NCBI GenBank assembly: GCA_045863395.1
Contig: BTVJ01000001.1
Coordinates: forward strand, 224,001 to 288,000
Direction: 5' to 3'
Length of the DNA: 64,000 nt
Origin: Myxococcales bacterium
GTDB taxonomy: Bacteria > Myxococcota_A > UBA9042 > JABWCM01 > BTVJ01
The notes under the pieces were generated by a model that made no database searches, had not been told where the DNA came from, and saw only the letters and a program-made list of their open reading frames with translations. Positions 59,833 to 64,000 of this stretch are shown here, in pieces. How positions within the stretch are numbered: the first letter of the stretch is position 1; every line of letters begins with the position of its first letter. The position numbers and the translations under genes were made by a program.

Positions 59833-61203
59833 CTACCAGGCGTACTTCAGGGCCACGTCGAAGTTCATGCCGCCCACGCCGGCCGTGCCGGTCGGGTTGT
59901 TGAACTCGTCGGTCGCCGGGCGCGGCGTGTTGGCGCCGCTGATCAGGTTGGGCCCGAGCAGGAAGAAGTCCGGGCTCAGGTGGGCGTCGATGACCCACTC
60001 GTCGTTCTTGCCGAAGAACAGGGAGAAGCCCGTGTCGAAGGTCGTGACGACCTTGGAGTCGCGGGTGTCGCTCTCGTTGCCGGCCGCCTTGCTGCCCACC
60101 TTGTCGAACAGCAGGTACTGTCGGGCGCCCATGCGGAACGCGAACCAGTCCCAGATGCGGGCGTCGACCCCGAAGCCGTAGTAGGGCAGCGTCCAGCGGC
60201 GGTCGTCGGAGCGGACGTTGGTGTTGTCCTCCACGACCCAGTCGTCGTAGCGCATTCCGAGCAGCGGGTAGATGGCGACGCGCTCCCAGGGCTCCACCTT
60301 GAGGGCGATGCCGACCTCGAAGGCGATGTTGCGGTAGTTGCCCGTCGCGGTCTGACCGGGCAGCGCGTTCCGCAGCCCCTCGAAGGCCAGCTCGAAGGAG
60401 CCATAGGGGATGAGCTGGGTGCCCTGGAAGAAGTTGATGATGCCGCGCCCGCGCAGCGTGAACCCGAAGATGGTGTCGGGGGCGAACTGCTCGATCTCCT
60501 GCGGGCCTGCCAGGTCGTCGAAGAGGCCGAAGTCGATGCCGATGCCGAAGTCGACGCTGTTCTCGCCCATGAAGTCGAAGCCGATGCCCAGGTCGACGTT
60601 CATGACGAACACGGACAGGTCACGGAGGTTTGCGTTCGGGCTCTCGACCTGGAGCGAATCCCCGTAGAAGCCGAGGCCCGCACCGAAGCGGAAGCCGTCG
60701 ACGTCGTGGGCGAACAAGATCGACGCCTTGTGGTTGGCGGTCAGATCCGACGAGCCGGCCGCTCCCGACGCCGCGGCCGCCGTGTTGGCGCCAAAGTTGG
60801 TGGTGTTCACCGTGCCCGCCGTCACGGACGCCCTGCTGCCCAGGAGGCCAGGACCGACTCCGACCCGATTCCATGGCAGGGACAGGCCGATGCCGCCGTC
60901 CACGTTGCTGCCGTAGGCCGCGATGACCGTGTAGTCGCTGATGCTGTAGTGGATGCCGAAGCGGCTGTTCGGGAAGCCGGCGCCAGCGCCGCTCAGCTCG
61001 TCGATGAACACGCGGTTGCCGAACTTCGTGAGGGTCGCCGGCAGGTCGAAGACGTTGACCTCGTCCTCGAAGACCAGGTAGCCGTCCACGTACCCGAGGG
61101 TCGCGCCCATGCTGTTGACGCGGCTGCCCGTGGCCAGCGCGTCGCCCGACGCCAGGGCCACGAAGCCGACTGCCGCGGCGAGTGTGGCGCTCCTGTAAGA
61201 CAT
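59833..61203 (-). CDS. Outer-membrane beta-barrel protein
   Basis: Sec signal, AAGGAGG RBS, alternating aromatic/Gly strands, C-terminal FDVALKYAW. Confidence 0.75.
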   Translation of the reverse strand: MSYRSATLAAAVGFVALASGDALATGSRVNSMGATLGYVDGYLVFEDEVNVFDLPATLTKFGNRVFIDELSGAGAGFPNSRFGIHYSISDYTVIAAYGSNVDGGIGLSLPWNRVGVGPGLLGSRASVTAGTVNTTNFGANTAAAASGAAGSSDLTANHKASILFAHDVDGFRFGAGLGFYGDSLQVESPNANLRDLSVFVMNVDLGIGFDFMGENSVDFGIGIDFGLFDDLAGPQEIEQFAPDTIFGFTLRGRGIINFFQGTQLIPYGSFELAFEGLRNALPGQTATGNYRNIAFEVGIALKVEPWERVAIYPLLGMRYDDWVVEDNTNVRSDDRRWTLPYYGFGVDARIWDWFAFRMGARQYLLFDKVGSKAAGNESDTRDSKVVTTFDTGFSLFFGKNDEWVIDAHLSPDFFLLGPNLISGANTPRPATDEFNNPTGTAGVGGMNFDVALKYAW

Positions 61204-61306
61204 GGTGTCCTCCTTAGAACCGAGAGCAGTCCGTTGTTGCTGCGTCGCGAGCCCCCGTGCTCCTGCGCAGGGGGCGGATGCCCTGGCGCCGCGACGTCAG
61301 CGCCGG

Positions 61307-61335
61307 TCAGTAGCACGGGTTCCTGAGGCTGTCAA
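61307..61335 (-). promoter_or_regulatory. Sigma70-like promoter for the beta-barrel gene
   Basis: TTGACA-N17-TACTGA on the minus strand. Confidence 0.5.
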
Positions 61336-61440
61336 CCAATCCAGCCGAACGCCGGTCGGGTGGAGTCGGAGTGCCCGTCGGGTACGCGCACGGGGCGCCA
61401 CGGCGCTGATCATTTGTATAGACACCGACCGCCCGCGTTC

Positions 61441-61469
61441 TTGACGGGGCCCCGATGTGGCGGTATCAA
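61441..61469 (+). promoter_or_regulatory. Sigma70-like promoter for ftsEX
   Basis: TTGACG-N17-TATCAA. Confidence 0.55.
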
Positions 61470-61508
61470 CCACCGTCGCCACCCGACGCGGCGGCCAGGT
61501 GATCCACG

Positions 61509-62288
61509 ATGGCCATGATCGAGATGTACAACGTCTCGAAGCGCTACCCTAACGGGGTGGATGCGCTGCGAGACGTCACGCTCAAGATCGGTGACGGGGA
61601 GTTCGTCTTCCTGTCCGGTCCGAGCGGCGCCGGCAAGACCACGCTGATGAAGCTCTTCCTGTGCCTGGAGAGGGCCACGGAGGGGCAGGTGGTCGTGGGG
61701 GGCCGGAACATCATGACCCTGCGCCGCGGGTCGATCCCCTACCTGCGCCGCAACATCGGCATGGTGTTCCAGGACTTCCGGCTGCTCCAGCGGCGGACCG
61801 TATTCGAGAACGTGGCCATCGCGCTCGAGATCCTGGGCCTGCCGCGGCGCGAGCTGGTCCCCAGAGTCCACCAGACCCTGGAGGCCGTCGGCCTCGGGCG
61901 CTACCACCGGGAGCTTCCCCAGTCCCTGTCCGGCGGCGAGCAGCAGCGGGTGGCCATCGCGCGGGCGCTGGTCAACGAGCCGGCCATCCTGCTCGCGGAC
62001 GAACCGACCGGCAACCTGGACCCCGAGCTCTCCTTGGAGATCCTCGGCCTGCTCATGGACATCCACCGCAAGGGGACGACCGTGCTCGTCGCCACCCACA
62101 ACTGGCACCTGCTGGAGACCCACCGGATGCGCACGCTCACGCTCAACAAGGGCGTGCTGGTCGGAGACGTGGCCCCGGACGGCCGCGACCTGCTCAAGAA
62201 GGGCTGGGAGCCCACGCCTCCGGCAGTGGACCTGGCCGACGAGGACCTGATGCCCGAGGAGCCGGACCCGAAGGGCGGGACCCGATGA
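61509..62288 (+). CDS. ftsE: Cell division ATP-binding protein FtsE
   Basis: GPSGAGKTT, IPYLRRNIGMVFQDFRLL, LSGGEQQR, ADEPTGNLD. Confidence 0.95.
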   Translation: MAMIEMYNVSKRYPNGVDALRDVTLKIGDGEFVFLSGPSGAGKTTLMKLFLCLERATEGQVVVGGRNIMTLRRGSIPYLRRNIGMVFQDFRLLQRRTVFENVAIALEILGLPRRELVPRVHQTLEAVGLGRYHRELPQSLSGGEQQRVAIARALVNEPAILLADEPTGNLDPELSLEILGLLMDIHRKGTTVLVATHNWHLLETHRMRTLTLNKGVLVGDVAPDGRDLLKKGWEPTPPAVDLADEDLMPEEPDPKGGTR

Positions 62289-63190
62289 GGCTCCTGCTCC
62301 ACCGCATCGGGTACTTCGTGCGCGAGACCGTGCGCAACGTGCTCCACTCGCCCTTCCTGACCGCGGTCAGCATCAGCACCATCGCGGTGGCGCTGATCCT
62401 CATCGGGTTCTTCGGCTACCTGCTGATCAACGCGGGCCAGCTCATCGACGAGGTGGGCAAGGACCTGCGGGTCACGGTGTACCTGGAGCCTACCGTCAGC
62501 GCGGAGGAGGCCGAGGCGGTGCGCGCCGTGGTCGCCGAGAGCGACGAGGTGGAGGACGTGGTGGTCCTGACCGCCGCCGAGGACCGGGCGCGCAACCGGG
62601 CCCTGCTCAGCGCGGAGCTTCTGGCGGGCCTCGACGAGGAGAGCGTCCCGGGCAGCCCGTCACTGGACGTGGCCCTGTCCCAGAAGAAGCGCACCAAGGA
62701 GGACTTCGACCACATCGCCACGTGGCTCTCGTCGTTGGCGAAGGTCCAGCACGTCGACGACATCCACTTCGGGGCCGAGAACTTCCGCATCGTGTTCTCG
62801 CTCATCGAGATCCTGCGCCTGGTCGGGGCCATCGTGAGCGGCGTCATCCTGTTCGCGGCCATCTTCTTCGTGTTCAGCACCGTCAAGCTCGCGGTCTACG
62901 CGCGGCGCGACGAGATAGAGGTCCTCAAGCTGGTTGGCGCCACGGATCGCTTCATCAAGGTGCCCTTCTACCTGGAGGGGCTCCTGCAAGGCGCGGTCGG
63001 CTCCTTCGTTGCGCTCTTGATCGTGGCCTTCATCCACTTGAAAGTGCAGACCTTCGTGCGGGACGAGCAGGCGATCAACCTGCGCCTCGACCTGCTCCCG
63101 GCGGGGATGATCCTGTGGTTCTTGGTCGGCGGCGTCGTGCTCGGCCTGGCGGGGTCCGTCTTCTCCGTCGGCCGCCACCTGAAGGTGTGA
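62285..63190 (+). CDS. ftsX: Cell division permease FtsX
   Basis: ATGA overlap; ARRDEIEVLKLVGATDRFIKVPFYLEG. Confidence 0.92.
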   Translation: MRLLLHRIGYFVRETVRNVLHSPFLTAVSISTIAVALILIGFFGYLLINAGQLIDEVGKDLRVTVYLEPTVSAEEAEAVRAVVAESDEVEDVVVLTAAEDRARNRALLSAELLAGLDEESVPGSPSLDVALSQKKRTKEDFDHIATWLSSLAKVQHVDDIHFGAENFRIVFSLIEILRLVGAIVSGVILFAAIFFVFSTVKLAVYARRDEIEVLKLVGATDRFIKVPFYLEGLLQGAVGSFVALLIVAFIHLKVQTFVRDEQAINLRLDLLPAGMILWFLVGGVVLGLAGSVFSVGRHLKV

Positions 63191-64000
63191 GCCGCGATGG
63201 GTTTCTCTCCGTGAGATGGGCGCTCACCATCGCCCTCGCGCTTGCGTGGGGGACGGCGCTCGGCCAGGCGCCCGACGAGCGCATGGACTACGAGCGGCTG
63301 CTCACCGACCAGGTGTCCATGCTGGAGACCCTGGACGCCATCGGGCAGGACCTGGAGCAGCGGGAGCTGGAGCTCGACCGGCTCCAGGGGCAGCGGCAGC
63401 GCATCGCCGTGGAGCTCATCCAGCTCGAGGTGACCTTCGAGGACGCGACGGGGCACCTGACGCGGGTGCGCGACCTCATCCGCAAGCGCCTGCGGGCCGT
63501 GGCGCGGCACAGGCGGTCGGCGCGGGTGGACCTGGTGTTCTCGCTTGACGCCTACTTCGACTCCCAGCGACGGGAGCGGGCGATCCGGCTCCTGCTGGAG
63601 GACGACAAGGCGCGGGTCGACAGCTTCCGGGAGGAGCTCTTGCGCTACGAGCGGGAGCGCGCGACCCTGGACGCCAAGCGCGAGGAGCTGGACCGGCTGG
63701 AGGAGCGGGTCGCCGGGGAGAAGGGGCGCCTCGACCGGGACAAGGCCCAGAAGCTGGAGATCCTGACCCGCATCGACGGCAAGCGGAAGTGGTACGAGAA
63801 GGCGTACAAGGAGCTGGACGGCGCCTACGAGGCGGTCACGGCGCGCATCGCCAAGCTGGCGGAGTGGCAGGAGCGCAAGCTGGAGATGGCGCAGAACCAC
63901 GGGAAGCTGAGGCTGCCCATGGCGTATGCGGCCATCGTGACCGGGTTCGGGCCCCAGAAGAACAAGAAGCTCGGCACGACCGTGATGCACCGGGGCCTGG
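63187..64000 (+). CDS. envC: EnvC-like murein hydrolase activator (coiled coil + M23), truncated by the window end
   Basis: GTG overlapping the ftsX stop; signal, long coiled coil, GKLRLP...FG...HRGL; absent from the ORF track because it has no stop in the window. Confidence 0.8.
   Translation, partial: MSRDGFLSVRWALTIALALAWGTALGQAPDERMDYERLLTDQVSMLETLDAIGQDLEQRELELDRLQGQRQRIAVELIQLEVTFEDATGHLTRVRDLIRKRLRAVARHRRSARVDLVFSLDAYFDSQRRERAIRLLLEDDKARVDSFREELLRYERERATLDAKREELDRLEERVAGEKGRLDRDKAQKLEILTRIDGKRKWYEKAYKELDGAYEAVTARIAKLAEWQERKLEMAQNHGKLRLPMAYAAIVTGFGPQKNKKLGTTVMHRGL

Noticed and set aside
55420..61326. Long + strand ORFs (55420-57861, 58120-61326)
   Set aside because: Antisense to well-supported minus-strand genes

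Overview
A very GC-rich bacterial chromosomal segment, most likely Myxococcota: three proteins end in MYXO-CTERM-like tails and many lipoproteins have Asp/Ala-rich linkers. Housekeeping genes are acs, mnmE, an FKBP-type PPIase, a pterin dehydratase and ftsE-ftsX-envC. Accessory content: (1) a ~2,630-aa protein with an N-terminal DUF4157/eCIS-core domain, divergent from an isolated MAD3/MAD4-like ATPase + partner pair; (2) a ~10-kb putative metal/redox-stress module with an ECF sigma/zf-HC2 anti-sigma pair, a double cytochrome P460-like lipoprotein, a peroxiredoxin-like protein, a truncated YyaL-like gene and an MNIO (DUF692) RiPP cluster with an EKKCG-repeat precursor, where five upstream regions share the motif CGTAACG-N13-CGYCAC; (3) two related AT-rich ~65-bp palindromes just after mnmE that bracket one lipoprotein gene, the second apparently supplying a stop codon, RBS and start codon; (4) two surface-anchored peptidoglycan amidases, a beta-helix/diheme cytochrome pair, an RHH-zinc-finger regulator with an ABC1 kinase, and a four-gene surface lipoprotein operon (IgGFc-binding, IPT/TIG, propeller repeats). 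I recognised no rRNA, tRNA, CRISPR array or transposase. All family calls come from motif recognition by eye, not database searches.
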